From Phycisphaeraceae bacterium (GTDB lineage Bacteria > Planctomycetota > Phycisphaerae > Phycisphaerales > Zrk34): a DNA stretch of 64,000 bases. The notes below the pieces were generated by a model. That model saw only the letters and a program-made list of their open reading frames with translations, was not told the DNA's origin and ran no database searches. The position numbers and the translations under genes are program-made. Each line of letters starts with the position of its first letter. The first letter of the stretch is position 1. This document shows positions 1 to 9,963 of the stretch, one piece after another. The stretch covers positions 1 to 64,000 of the forward strand of contig JBBDRF010000083.1 of assembly GCA_040905565.1 (NCBI GenBank). Reading direction: 5' to 3'.

Positions 1-193
1 ACAGCTCGCCCTGGCTGATCTTGATGTCGAACGCCTTTTCCAGGCGGAAGACGATATCGAGGAAGTCGATGGACTCGGCTCCGAGATCGCCGGTCAGCGT
101 GGCGTCGGCGACCACTTCGTCATCATCAACCCCGAGGGCGTCGACGAGGACTTCCTGGACCTTTTCGAATACTTCATCCTGGGTCATGGCCAT
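1..193 (-). CDS. acpP: Acyl carrier protein (3' end runs off the window)
   Basis: Not in ORF track. Manual minus-strand translation MAMTQDEVFEKVQEVLVDALGVDDDEVVADATLTGDLGAESIDFLDIVFRLEKAFDIKI contains the DLGAES(I)D phosphopantetheine motif; GGAG RBS upstream. Confidence 0.92.
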   Translation of the reverse strand, partial: MAMTQDEVFEKVQEVLVDALGVDDDEVVADATLTGDLGAESIDFLDIVFRLEKAFDIKISQGEL

Positions 194-225
194 ATCTATA
201 GTCTCCGTTGTGCTATTGCTTGCCG

Positions 226-606
226 TCAGCGGCTCTTAAGAGGCCGCATGATGAATCGTCCCTGAACGGCGTTCTGATCGTCCACGGTGCCGCGGCCGGT
301 GAAGGTGTACCCCGCGTCGCCTTGGCGAAGCAGTTCGACATGCACCCGGAGCCTCTGTCCCGGGCGGACCATGTTACCGTAACGTACGTTACGGACCTCC
401 GCCAGCACCCAGGGCCCGGGGCCGACGTCCTTCTGGAGCACCTTGCGGGCGGCCTGGACCATGACCTCGAGCATCATGACGCCCGGCAGCACCGGGAAGC
501 CGGGGAAGTGGTCGCCGAGGTATTCCTCAGCCGAAGTGACCGACTTGACCGCCACGATCTGCCCGGTCTGCTGTTCTAAGATGGCATCTACAAGATCGAA
601 CCGCAT
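226..606 (-). CDS. FabA/FabZ-family beta-hydroxyacyl-ACP dehydratase (hotdog fold)
   Basis: DHFPGFPVLPGVMMLE motif; adjacent to ACP. Confidence 0.88.
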   Translation of the reverse strand: MRFDLVDAILEQQTGQIVAVKSVTSAEEYLGDHFPGFPVLPGVMMLEVMVQAARKVLQKDVGPGPWVLAEVRNVRYGNMVRPGQRLRVHVELLRQGDAGYTFTGRGTVDDQNAVQGRFIMRPLKSR

Positions 607-822
607 CAGCCGTCGTTCCGCGATAAAGTTAGCCGGGTAACCTAGCGGCTGAGCGATCGCAAGGCAAGCGAGCGGGGGCGGATGACCGGGCTGGGAGCAG
701 CCGACTCGGGAGATGCGCCAACTGGCCCGGCCTGATTCGCAGCGGTATCATGATCGGTTTGTCACCACGTCGGCGGTTGCTGCCCCCCTACCAACCCCCC
801 TACCCAACCTGAAAAGGGTTCC

Positions 823-3705
823 ATGGCGACCAAGTATCTTTCCATCCGAGGGGCCCGGGAGCACAACCTCCAGGGCATCGATGTCGATATCCCACGCGAC
901 CAGCTCGTGGTCGTCACCGGCCTCAGCGGCTCAGGCAAAAGCTCGCTGGCGTTCGACACCATCTACGCCGAGGGCCAGCGTAAATACGTCGAAAGCCTTT
1001 CCGCCTACGCACGCCAGTTCCTCGAGCAGATGACTAAGCCTGACGTCGAGGAGATCGAAGGCCTGCCCCCCACCATCGCCATCGAGCAGCGCTCCGCCGG
1101 GCACAACCCGCGTTCGACCGTGGCGACGACGACCGAGATTTACGATTACCTCCGGCTGATGTTCGCCCGCGTCGGGCAGCCGCACTGCTGGCACGTCGAT
1201 GCGAAGGGCCGAGTCTGCGGCAAGCCGATTGAAAGTCAGTCGGCTTCGCAGATCGTCGAGCGCGTGATGCAGTGGACGCCCGGCACGAAGCTGATGGTGC
1301 TTTCGCCTCTCGTCCGCGGCAAGAAGGGCCAGCATACGGAAATCCTCGAAGGCATCGGCCGGCAGGGTTTCGTCCGTGCGCGGATCGATGGCAACGTGGC
1401 GGACCTCCGCGATCCACCGAAGCTTTACAAGACGAAGACGCACACGATTGAAGCGGTGGTCGACCGCCTGATCGTCAAGCCCGAGGTCCGCTCACGCCTG
1501 GCTGATTCGATCGAGACAAGCCTGAAGCTTTCCGACGGGCTGGTGATCCTGGCGGTGCTCGATGAGAAGCGGACGACCGAGGATAAAGACACCTGGACCG
1601 ACCATCTGTTCAGCGAGAAGTACGCCTGTGCTGAGCATCCCGAGTGTTCCCTAGAGGATCTGGCGCCCCGGCTGTTCAGTTTCAACAGCCCCTACGGCGC
1701 CTGCCCGGCCTGCGACGGGCTGGGCACGATCATGGAGTTCGATGACGATCTGATTGTCTCGGACCCCAGCCGGCCGCTCGGCGACGGAGCGATCGATGCG
1801 TGGCGGAAGCACGGCAAGCGGATGAACATCTACTACGGCCGGCTGATCCGCAACTTCTGCCGTGATTTTGATGTGGATATCGATCAACCGTTTAAGGATA
1901 TCCCCAAGCCCGTCCGCCGCATTCTGCTGCACGGCACGAACGCGCGGGATGAATCAAAGTACGGCTCGCACTTCGAAGGCGTCGTGCCGAACCTCCAGCG
2001 CCGGTGGGATAACACCGACAGCGAATACGTCAAGCAGCGCCTGCACGCGTACCTCTCCGAAGCCCCATGCGAAGCGTGCGAAGGGGCCCGCCTGCGCAAA
2101 GAAGCGCTCAACGTTTTCGTGTATGCCGACGACCAGCGCTACAACATTCACGATGTCGTCGGGATGACGATCGAGAACGCGCTTGGGTTTTTCGATGCGG
2201 TGACGCTGAGCGATGAGAAGCGGATGATCGCCGAGCCGATCGTCAAGGAGGTCCGCGCACGGCTGGGGTTCATGCACAACGTGGGGCTGGATTACCTCAC
2301 GCTCGATCGGCGCACCTCCACGCTGTCCGGCGGTGAAGCGCAGCGGATTCGGCTGGCCACGCAGGTCGGCTCGGGGCTGGTCGGCTGCTGCTATGTGCTG
2401 GATGAACCGACCATCGGCCTGCATCAGCGTGACAACGATCGGCTGATCACTACGCTTCGGCACCTCACGGACATCGGCAACAGCGTCATCGTGGTCGAGC
2501 ATGATGAAGATACGATCCGGGCGGCGGACTACATTCTGGACATCGGCCCCGGGCCCGGCCGCCACGGTGGGAAGCTGGTCGCTGCGGGCGACTTCAATCA
2601 CCTGCTCGCCTGTCAGGAATCCATCACGGCGAAGTACCTCACCGGCGCGTGTCAGATTCCGGTGCCCGAAAAACGTCGCGAGCTTGATCCCAAGCACAGC
2701 CTCGTCATCGAGGGGGCGAGCGAGCACAACCTCAAAGGCATTGACGTTCGCGTGCCGTTGGGGGGATTTGTCTGCGTCACGGGCGTGAGCGGGTCGGGCA
2801 AGAGCACGCTGGTGAACCAGATTCTGCTGCGAGCGATGATGCGTCACCTGCACGGCTCGCGCGCCAGGCCCGGTGCTCACGATGGCGTGAAGGGTCTGGA
2901 GCAGGTGGACCGGGTGATCGAGGTGGACCAGTCGCCGATCGGCCGAACGCCTCGTTCGAACCCCGCGACATACACCGGCGTTTTCGACCTGATTCGCCAG
3001 CTGTATGCGAAGACGAAGGAAGCGAAAATTCGCGGCTACAAGCTCGGCCGCTTCAGCTTCAACGTCAAAGGCGGCCGCTGCGAAGCGTGCCAGGGGCAGG
3101 GCACGAAGAAGATCGAGATGCACTTCTTGCCGGACGTGTACGTCTCCTGCGAAATCTGCAAGGGCACCCGCTACAACGAGCAGACGCTGGAGATCACCTA
3201 CCGCGGCAAGACCATTGCTGACGTGCTGGACATGACGGTCGAAGAAGCGGTCGAGTTCTTCGAAGCGTTCCCCAAGATCTCGCAACTGCTGCGCTCCGTG
3301 CGCGACGTCGGCCTGGGCTACGTCAAACTCGGGCAGAGTTCGACCACGCTATCGGGTGGCGAAGCGCAGCGTGTGAAACTGGCGACGGAACTCGGCAAAG
3401 GCGCGACCGGTCATACCGTCTATGTGCTCGACGAACCGACGACGGGGCTGCACTTCGCGGACATTCACAACCTGCTGAACGTGCTGGGCCGGCTGGTCGA
3501 CAAGGGCCATACGGTGCTGGTGATCGAGCATAATCTGGATGTCATCAAGTGTGCCGACTGGATCATCGATTTGGGCCCCGAAGGCGGCGACGGCGGCGGC
3601 ACGCTGGTCGCGGAGGGCACGCCCGAGCAGGTGGCCGGCATCAGCAAATCCCACACCGGGCAATACCTCGCCCCACGCCTGAGCCGAACGGCGGTCGCGG
3701 GATAA
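823..3705 (+). CDS. uvrA: Excinuclease ABC subunit A
   Basis: GAREHNL start, two Walker A motifs ([16 protein letters not shown]), two LSGGEAQR signatures, Zn-finger cysteines, 960 aa. Confidence 0.98.
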   Translation: MATKYLSIRGAREHNLQGIDVDIPRDQLVVVTGLSGSGKSSLAFDTIYAEGQRKYVESLSAYARQFLEQMTKPDVEEIEGLPPTIAIEQRSAGHNPRSTVATTTEIYDYLRLMFARVGQPHCWHVDAKGRVCGKPIESQSASQIVERVMQWTPGTKLMVLSPLVRGKKGQHTEILEGIGRQGFVRARIDGNVADLRDPPKLYKTKTHTIEAVVDRLIVKPEVRSRLADSIETSLKLSDGLVILAVLDEKRTTEDKDTWTDHLFSEKYACAEHPECSLEDLAPRLFSFNSPYGACPACDGLGTIMEFDDDLIVSDPSRPLGDGAIDAWRKHGKRMNIYYGRLIRNFCRDFDVDIDQPFKDIPKPVRRILLHGTNARDESKYGSHFEGVVPNLQRRWDNTDSEYVKQRLHAYLSEAPCEACEGARLRKEALNVFVYADDQRYNIHDVVGMTIENALGFFDAVTLSDEKRMIAEPIVKEVRARLGFMHNVGLDYLTLDRRTSTLSGGEAQRIRLATQVGSGLVGCCYVLDEPTIGLHQRDNDRLITTLRHLTDIGNSVIVVEHDEDTIRAADYILDIGPGPGRHGGKLVAAGDFNHLLACQESITAKYLTGACQIPVPEKRRELDPKHSLVIEGASEHNLKGIDVRVPLGGFVCVTGVSGSGKSTLVNQILLRAMMRHLHGSRARPGAHDGVKGLEQVDRVIEVDQSPIGRTPRSNPATYTGVFDLIRQLYAKTKEAKIRGYKLGRFSFNVKGGRCEACQGQGTKKIEMHFLPDVYVSCEICKGTRYNEQTLEITYRGKTIADVLDMTVEEAVEFFEAFPKISQLLRSVRDVGLGYVKLGQSSTTLSGGEAQRVKLATELGKGATGHTVYVLDEPTTGLHFADIHNLLNVLGRLVDKGHTVLVIEHNLDVIKCADWIIDLGPEGGDGGGTLVAEGTPEQVAGISKSHTGQYLAPRLSRTAVAG

Positions 3706-3744
3706 CTACAGCCGGGAGGCTACGCCTCGCCGGTGCCCGAGAAG

Positions 3745-3782
3745 CCCGGCCGTCTCGCTGCGCTCGCTGGCCGGGGCACCCT
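3745..3782. repeat. REP-like palindrome, family A (CCCGGCCGTCT..CGCTGGCCGGGGCACCC)
   Basis: 37/38 identical to 44026-44063; shorter variants at 43950-43978 (inverted) and 54033-54061; lies between convergent genes. Confidence 0.8.
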
Positions 3783-3829
3783 ACTCACGAAAGGTGTCAC
3801 CGGACTGTGGACAGTCCGGCTCTCACCGC

Positions 3830-4516
3830 TCACAACCCCAGCAGATCGTCTTCGTCATCGTCGTCGGCTGCCTCTTCTACCTGCTCGCGCAGTTCCTCCA
3901 GGCGGTGCTCCAGCCAGGTGGCCCGGCTCATCGCATCGGGCTCGCAGAGCATGTCGTACCGCTGCTCATCGTCCTCACACAGTTGCATGATGGCGACGTC
4001 GATCAACGCAGCGGTCGGCACCTCTTCCTGCTCCAGAAGCGGCCGAAGGTCCTCCACCGCTTCCACATCATCAAGCACCGGATCGTGCAGCAGGGCCTGC
4101 AATTCTTCGCGATGGTCCACGAGTTCTTCGTCCTCACGCGGCGGCAATTCCGTCGGCTCCAGCCTCGCCATGCGATACGGCTCGTGGTCGACCTCCTCCA
4201 CCACACGCGCCCGGCAAAGCCCCTGAAGAAGCAGCAGATACCGCCCATCAGACAGCTTCTCATACTGCGTGACATACCCCACGCAAACGAACGGCCTCAA
4301 CGGCGGCTTACCGTCGGCGTAATCGTGGCGGGAAGCGGACTCGTCGTACAGGCCCATGGCGATCAGCCCGTGCGTATCGAGCACGTCGCCGGTCATCCGG
4401 CGGTAGCGCGGCTCGAACACATGCAGCGGCACGGCCGTGTGCGGCAGAAGCGTGCTGCCGGGCAAGGGGAAGATCGGCACGGGACGTCGGAAATCAATTG
4501 AGACCGTCTCAGTCAT
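3830..4516 (-). CDS. LON peptidase substrate-binding domain protein (no protease domain)
   Basis: PIFPLPG..LLPHT..PLHVFEPRYRRM and DGRYLLLLQGLCRARV motifs. Confidence 0.88.
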   Translation of the reverse strand: MTETVSIDFRRPVPIFPLPGSTLLPHTAVPLHVFEPRYRRMTGDVLDTHGLIAMGLYDESASRHDYADGKPPLRPFVCVGYVTQYEKLSDGRYLLLLQGLCRARVVEEVDHEPYRMARLEPTELPPREDEELVDHREELQALLHDPVLDDVEAVEDLRPLLEQEEVPTAALIDVAIMQLCEDDEQRYDMLCEPDAMSRATWLEHRLEELREQVEEAADDDDEDDLLGL

Positions 4517-4610
4517 GCGCCATCCTAGGGCTGTGCCCGTGAGAGCTGGCTATCAGGGAAAAACTATTTTCAGCATCTTGCATGAACTGACGCCTCCGGG
4601 CAATCACATA

Positions 4611-5384
4611 TTAGCCAAGCCCGGGCCAGAAGATCGGCTGAACCAGGGTATACGTCGCCACGGAGACAAGCGTCGTCAACGCGACCCGCCGCATGGCCTT
4701 CATTCCCATGCGATTGCCCAGCCAGATGCCCGGCAGCGTCGCGACGAGCACCATCGGGACAAAGACCGCCCCCTGCCAAAGCGACTGTTCGACCACCGGC
4801 CCGAACCGCTGCGAGAGAAAAAACACGTTCGGCGGCGTCAGCACGGCGAAGACGGCCCACATGGTCGCACGCATCTGCGATGAGGACCAGCGGTATGCCG
4901 TCACCCACATCGCCGTCGGCGGACCGGCCATCCCCGCCACGCCGGTGGTGACTCCCGCCGTCGCCATTGCCAGCATGCCCCAGCCGGTGTGCACCTCATC
5001 ACGAGGCTGAACGCGCCAGAGCCATTGCAATAGCAGCACGACCAGCACGATGCAGCCGAATATCTGCCTGATGATCCCGCCTTCGAGGGCTGCGACCTGC
5101 GCCAGCACCCACACGCCCAGCGGCAGCGTCAGCAAGGCGAACGGCAGCACCTTCGCCAGCAGCTTCCACTGAACGCTCCGCCGCAACAGCCAGACGCCGA
5201 GCATCGATTGCGACATGGCGCACGCGGCGACCATGGGGATCGCCTGCTCGGGCATCATGCCGATGACCAGCAGCATCGGCACCGCGAAAAGCCCGAAGGC
5301 GAAGCCGGCCGCGCCCTGGAGAACGGCCGCGACGGCGAGCACCATCGCCATAAGCATGTAAGATTCAGCCGTCAGTTCCATCAA
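4611..5384 (-). CDS. TauE/SafE-family sulfite exporter-like membrane protein
   Basis: QGAAGFAFGLFAVPML and GVAGMAGPP motifs, about 8 hydrophobic segments. Confidence 0.85.
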   Translation of the reverse strand: MMELTAESYMLMAMVLAVAAVLQGAAGFAFGLFAVPMLLVIGMMPEQAIPMVAACAMSQSMLGVWLLRRSVQWKLLAKVLPFALLTLPLGVWVLAQVAALEGGIIRQIFGCIVLVVLLLQWLWRVQPRDEVHTGWGMLAMATAGVTTGVAGMAGPPTAMWVTAYRWSSSQMRATMWAVFAVLTPPNVFFLSQRFGPVVEQSLWQGAVFVPMVLVATLPGIWLGNRMGMKAMRRVALTTLVSVATYTLVQPIFWPGLG

Positions 5385-5437
5385 TGCCCTTTGGTTCGTC
5401 GCCCGTGGCGTCCCTGTCAGAATCGGAGTTCAAGGAT

Positions 5438-5644
5438 ATGCCGGAAAAGCCGCCGCTCAAGCCGATTATTTTCGAAGCGTTTTTCGCCTCGATCGCCTTC
5501 GCGGTGCTGCTGGGGCTGATCGACCGGTTCGTTGGCGGGCAGGATGTTACCAGCCCGGGCTACCTGTTGGGCATCGCAGGGGTGAGTTTCATCTTCTTCC
5601 TGGGGTACGTTTTCCTCACCTACCGCGCCCGCAAGAAGGGCTGA
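5438..5644 (+). CDS. Small two-TM membrane protein
   Basis: AAGGA RBS before ATG 5438; two hydrophobic helices and a basic C-tail; fills the gap between genes. Confidence 0.6.
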   Translation: MPEKPPLKPIIFEAFFASIAFAVLLGLIDRFVGGQDVTSPGYLLGIAGVSFIFFLGYVFLTYRARKKG

Positions 5645-5660
5645 GACGAGGGGGGCCCCA

Positions 5661-6020
5661 TCACAACATCCCACCGATGGCGATGCCTGCGAGGGCCGCC
5701 GGTGGGCCGAGGAGGGCGGGGCCGACGATGTTCAAGATCGCCACCCGCCACGCCCCCTGCTCGATCAGGCTCAGCGACTGGTACATCCACGTCGAAAAAG
5801 TGGTGTACGCACCGAGGAAGCCGGTACCGAGGGCGATGGCCGTCGGGCCTTGCAGCGTGGCCCCGATCAGCAGGCCGAGCATCAATGAACCGCTGAGGTT
5901 GACCGTCCAGATCCCCCATGGCATGACCGTTCGCATCCGCTTCATCACCGCCTGGTCGATGACGAACCGGGCCACCGCCCCGAGCGCGCCACCTACTGCG
6001 ATCATCAGGAGCAGGCTCAT
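5661..6020 (-). CDS. crcB: Fluoride channel Fluc/CrcB (second copy)
   Basis: GGALGAVARF, GFLGAYTTFST; start overlaps upstream stop (ATGA). Confidence 0.92.
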   Translation of the reverse strand: MSLLLMIAVGGALGAVARFVIDQAVMKRMRTVMPWGIWTVNLSGSLMLGLLIGATLQGPTAIALGTGFLGAYTTFSTWMYQSLSLIEQGAWRVAILNIVGPALLGPPAALAGIAIGGML

Positions 6021-6442
6021 GACTGAACCTCGGCCGGGCGTCGCGCGATCCGCCGGGCAAGCAGCATGCCCGCCAGCGCCGCCAGCAGCCCCGCGCCGAT
6101 GCTTCCCCAGAGGTAGCCGATCGCCAAGGCCCACTGCCCGCCATCGGCCAGCTTCACCGCCTGCAGGCTGAGGTTCGAGAACGTCGTAAACGAGCCCAGC
6201 ACGCCGGTGCACAGCATCGGCTGCACATAGCGCGGCGTCTGAAGTCGCTCGATAATGAGCACCATCACCAGACCCAGCGCGAACGCCCCGACCGCATTCT
6301 CCGCGAAGGTTGTCAGCGGGAAGGTGCCGTCGATGGTAGGGAATGCCAGGTTGAACCCATGCCGCAGGCTCGCACCGATCGCCCCGCCCACGGCGATCGC
6401 CGCCGGCAGCCGCCAGTCGAAATGATGATCCTGCCGCGTCAT
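6017..6442 (-). CDS. crcB: Fluoride channel Fluc/CrcB (first copy)
   Basis: GGAIGASLRH, GVLGSFTTFS; start trimmed to MTRQDHH. Confidence 0.9.
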   Translation of the reverse strand: MTRQDHHFDWRLPAAIAVGGAIGASLRHGFNLAFPTIDGTFPLTTFAENAVGAFALGLVMVLIIERLQTPRYVQPMLCTGVLGSFTTFSNLSLQAVKLADGGQWALAIGYLWGSIGAGLLAALAGMLLARRIARRPAEVQS

Positions 6443-6548
6443 GGCGTGCGACTTTAGCAGGAGCAGCGAGCCCCCGCGACGCATCGCATCGCGGCTATTG
6501 TCGCGCCGTTGAATCGGAAATCGACCGCAATGCGACGCGTCGACGGTC

Positions 6549-7553
6549 TCACCGTCGCAACATCGACAGCGCTGCTGCGGCAACGCCCGCGCCGGCCAGC
6601 GCAAGCAAACCACGATGCGTCGTCGCCCAATATTGCAGGCTTCGGCTGTAGGCCACATCATCGAAGGGCCCATGCGCACCGGGGTCGCCTGCCGGCGGCT
6701 CCCACAGATTGTTCGCCTCATCAGAAGCAGGACGATCCGGCACCTGCTGACGCTCGTATCCACTGCGAGCGAGGTTGATATCCGCATACCACGGCGCAAG
6801 CTTATTGCCGTAGATCGCCTTGGCCGCTTCGTAACCGACCGATATTGTCCGTCGATGGTGTTGCGAAGCATAAATGATCGCATCGGCCACTAGTTCCGGC
6901 TGGTACAGCCGCCCCACCGGCTTCGTCTGATGAGGCATCCGCGAGAGGCTGTGACGCCACAACGGCGTGTTGATCCCCGAAGGCCGAATCAGCGTCATCC
7001 GCACTCGGCTGCCGTCGTGCTTCAGCTCCGGCCAAAGTGATTCGCAGAAGCCCTTCAACGCGTGCTGAGCTGCACAGTAAGCAGCATTGAGCGGAATCCC
7101 CCGGTACGACAACGCCGACCCGATCTGAACGATCGTCCCCCGATCACGCGGCAGCATCCGCCTCAGCGCCGCCAGCGTGCCGTACACCGACCCGAGGTAG
7201 CCGACCTGCATGATGCGATCGAATTCGTCCGGCCGGGTATCCTTCACCGGTGAGATCGCTGTGATGGCCGCATCATTCACCCAGACATCCACAGGCCCGA
7301 ACGCGCGATCGACCTCCCGTGCAGCCTGCTCGACCTGTTCGTGGTCGGCGACATCGGTCGGCAGCACGATCGCCTCGCCGCCGCGTGCCTCCGCTTCGCA
7401 CTTCGCCGCCTCAAGCCCTGCCACGCCGCGCGCGATCAACCCGATGCGTGCCCCACGCTCGGCAAACGCCCGCACCGCCGCCCGGCCGATCCCCGACGAA
7501 GCGCCGGTAATCACCACCACCTTCGAACGCCTCGAGCCGAATAGAGATCTCAT
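6549..7553 (-). CDS. Short-chain dehydrogenase/reductase with hydrophobic C-tail
   Basis: TGASSGIG, VND(A)A, YCAAQ (YxxxK-like with Q); start trimmed to MRSLFG. Confidence 0.9.
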   Translation of the reverse strand: MRSLFGSRRSKVVVITGASSGIGRAAVRAFAERGARIGLIARGVAGLEAAKCEAEARGGEAIVLPTDVADHEQVEQAAREVDRAFGPVDVWVNDAAITAISPVKDTRPDEFDRIMQVGYLGSVYGTLAALRRMLPRDRGTIVQIGSALSYRGIPLNAAYCAAQHALKGFCESLWPELKHDGSRVRMTLIRPSGINTPLWRHSLSRMPHQTKPVGRLYQPELVADAIIYASQHHRRTISVGYEAAKAIYGNKLAPWYADINLARSGYERQQVPDRPASDEANNLWEPPAGDPGAHGPFDDVAYSRSLQYWATTHRGLLALAGAGVAAAALSMLRR

Positions 7554-7717
7554 ATCGCCCCCCCTTCTGCCCCACTGCCTGCAAACGTCGTTCCGGCACC
7601 TGCGTCTTAACGGCTTGTGTGCCACGTCCACGAGTGTCTGGACGGGTCGTCAACCACACGCCCCCGAACGCACAGAACTTCGCGTGACGGAACAGAGCGA
7701 TTAAGCTGCTAAGATCG

Positions 7718-7798
7718 TTAACACAACGCCGCGAACAGCACGACGGTCAGCATGGCGATGCGGCGTTCGGATTCGGTGAGGGTCAGCAGAAGCGTCAT
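7718..7798 (-). CDS. Candidate 26-aa small protein MTLLLTLTESERRIAMLTVVLFAALC
   Basis: GGAGG about 8 nt before ATG, hydrophobic C-half, in an otherwise empty intergenic region. Confidence 0.4.
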   Translation of the reverse strand: MTLLLTLTESERRIAMLTVVLFAALC

Positions 7799-7896
7799 GG
7801 TCGTATCCTCCATGCCTCTCAACATTCAACGACCGTGCCACAACCCTCACCCGGAAACAGCGACAACAACAACCTCCTTGAGCACAAGGGTTTGAA

Positions 7897-9786
7897 ATGA
7901 TTCAACAGCTTCGCTCCTTCCCCGGCCGGATTTACCTGATGTGGCAAAAAAGCAACATCGGCACGCGGCAAGCGTCGCGCGGGAGCTACACCGCCCTCGC
8001 GCTGGCCTTCGCCGTTCTGCTGAGCCTCCTCGGCGGCCCGGCCCGCGCCGCCGAGGAGGCTCAGCCCGCCCAGCCGCTGGACGAGGCCCTCGCCCGGCAG
8101 GCCTTCACCGTCGCCGAACTCTGGCTCCAGCGGGCCGAGATCCCAAGCGACACGCTTGCGATCGAAGCGGAGGGCCTCGTCGCCGTTCACGTGACGCTTC
8201 GCCTGGAAGGCCGTCGGCTGGGCCAGGGCAGCGCAGCCGTGGACGATCCCGCCGCCGAGGCCGGTGCCGTCGACATCATGCCCCTGCTTCGCACCGCTCT
8301 CCGCACCGCCGTGCGCGAAGCCGCCACACGTGAGGATGATCTCGCGGAAAAGGCGACACAGCTGGCGCTCGATGTGCAGTTCGCCCATGACCTCGAACCG
8401 CTGAACCTCAGCGCGTTGGCGCAGCTGCCCGACCGTTTCGTGCCCGGCCTGCAGGGGCTTGCGATGCGTCGCAACGCGAACTGGGCGTGGAGCTTCCCCG
8501 GTTCGGTCATCGCCACGAACACCAATCTCTCGGGTCAGGTCAACCGCATGCTTTCGCAGGTCGATCTGCCGCTGGACCACCTCGCGCGCATCGGCACCGC
8601 CGACGGCCCGCCCCTCTACCGCTTCGACGCCATCCACCTCGTTCGCCCTCAGCCCGACGCCGACCTCCTCACGCTCTACCGCGGCAACGAACTGCTTCCC
8701 CCCCTGCCGCTCGATGACCGACAGCTCACGCAGCTTACCGACACGCTGCTGCAAAACGTCCTGAGCCGCCAGCGCACCAACGGCCGATTCGCCGGCACCT
8801 ACGAACCCACCGCCGACACCTATTCACCGGTAAACGCACGACCCGTCGATGCCGCCGCCGCGGCCTATGCCCTTGCGCGGACAGCAAGGCTGGAGCGCCT
8901 GGATCCCGCCCGCCGTGAAGCCGCCGCTCAAGCAGCCGTCCGCGCGCTGGAGCGTCTGACCAGCCCTGCCGACGCGGAGCAGCAGCGCATCACCAACGAT
9001 CTGGCAACCTCCGCCCTCACGCTGCTTGCTTTGCTCGAAACGCCCGGAGCAGCCGACCTCAACGATCAGCGTGACCGCCTCGCCGAGGCCATCATCTCAC
9101 GCCATCGCGCCGACGGCTCATTCGCCAGCAGTGCCGAAGACGGCGACACCTCCCTCGCCACGCACGCCCTGGCCTCCGCCGCCCTCGTCCGCATCTATGA
9201 TCGCACCCGCGATGCCGACGTACTCGAAAGGGCCCACCTCAGCATCGACGCCCTCTGGCAGCGCCTCGCCGACGACCCCCGCCGCGCCACCGATGCCATG
9301 CCCTGGCTCGCGATGGTCGAACTGGATCTGGATCGCCTGAATCAGCCGACCGGCTATCGCAGCCGCCTCGTCGAAACGGCCACCGCCATCTGGCGCGAGC
9401 AGGTTCAGCCTCTGGACGAAGACGCCCAGCGCACCAGTGACATCGTCGGCGGCTTCATCGTCCGCGACGCCTTCTTCCCCGAGCCCATCTGGCAATCGTC
9501 GCGCATCCTCGCCGGTCAGTCGATGCTGCTGCACGATCCAACGCTTATCCCTGCCGATCAGCGCACCGCCTGGCTGGTCAACTCCGCCCGAGGCGCTCGC
9601 TTCCTCGCCCAGCTCACCATGCAGCCGACCTCCGCCTTCTACGTCCAGCACCCCGAGCGTGCCATCGGCGGCACCCGCACCGCCATGTCGAACAATCGCC
9701 AACCCCTGGCCGCGACCGCCATGAGCCTGCTCGCCACAGTCGAACTGGAAAACGCCCTCGCCCGCCTAACCGCCGCCAGCCGCTGA
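7897..9786 (+). CDS. Exported hypothetical protein: AMMECR1-like N-domain plus probable alpha/alpha-toroid C-domain
   Basis: Signal-peptide-like segment ending ARA-AE; VHVTLRLEGRRLGQG and FVPGLQGL..R..WAWSFP resemble AMMECR1; helical repeats with QRTNGRF and HRADGSF turns. Confidence 0.55.
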   Translation: MIQQLRSFPGRIYLMWQKSNIGTRQASRGSYTALALAFAVLLSLLGGPARAAEEAQPAQPLDEALARQAFTVAELWLQRAEIPSDTLAIEAEGLVAVHVTLRLEGRRLGQGSAAVDDPAAEAGAVDIMPLLRTALRTAVREAATREDDLAEKATQLALDVQFAHDLEPLNLSALAQLPDRFVPGLQGLAMRRNANWAWSFPGSVIATNTNLSGQVNRMLSQVDLPLDHLARIGTADGPPLYRFDAIHLVRPQPDADLLTLYRGNELLPPLPLDDRQLTQLTDTLLQNVLSRQRTNGRFAGTYEPTADTYSPVNARPVDAAAAAYALARTARLERLDPARREAAAQAAVRALERLTSPADAEQQRITNDLATSALTLLALLETPGAADLNDQRDRLAEAIISRHRADGSFASSAEDGDTSLATHALASAALVRIYDRTRDADVLERAHLSIDALWQRLADDPRRATDAMPWLAMVELDLDRLNQPTGYRSRLVETATAIWREQVQPLDEDAQRTSDIVGGFIVRDAFFPEPIWQSSRILAGQSMLLHDPTLIPADQRTAWLVNSARGARFLAQLTMQPTSAFYVQHPERAIGGTRTAMSNNRQPLAATAMSLLATVELENALARLTAASR

Positions 9787-9811
9787 CGCCGCGGGCGAAG
9801 CAAAAGAATAG

Positions 9812-9930
9812 TAACCACAGAGGCACAGAGGTAGAGGAGAAGAAACACAGAGAAAGAGTCAGGCCCTTGCCTACCTCTTTCTTCTAAAAACTCCCCTCTT
9901 ACCTCCTCCCCCTCTGTGCCTCTGTGGTTA
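9812..9930. repeat. Intergenic element bounded by a perfect 20-bp inverted repeat
   Basis: TAACCACAGAGGCACAGAGG at 9812-9831 and its exact reverse complement at 9911-9930. Confidence 0.85.
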
Positions 9931-9963
9931 AACCTCTTCGCCTCTTTTTCTTGGTTGATCCAC

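Noticed and set aside
1..606. Specialised polyketide or ladderane cluster
   Set aside because: Only ACP and a dehydratase are visible; not enough to go beyond type II fatty-acid synthesis.
783..807. CCCCCCTACC(C)AA tandem duplication upstream of uvrA as an SOS operator
   Set aside because: Only two low-complexity copies and no match to a LexA box I know.
6443..6548. Fluoride riboswitch upstream of crcB
   Set aside because: The conserved GATG...CTRATG core and pseudoknot pairing were not recognisable.
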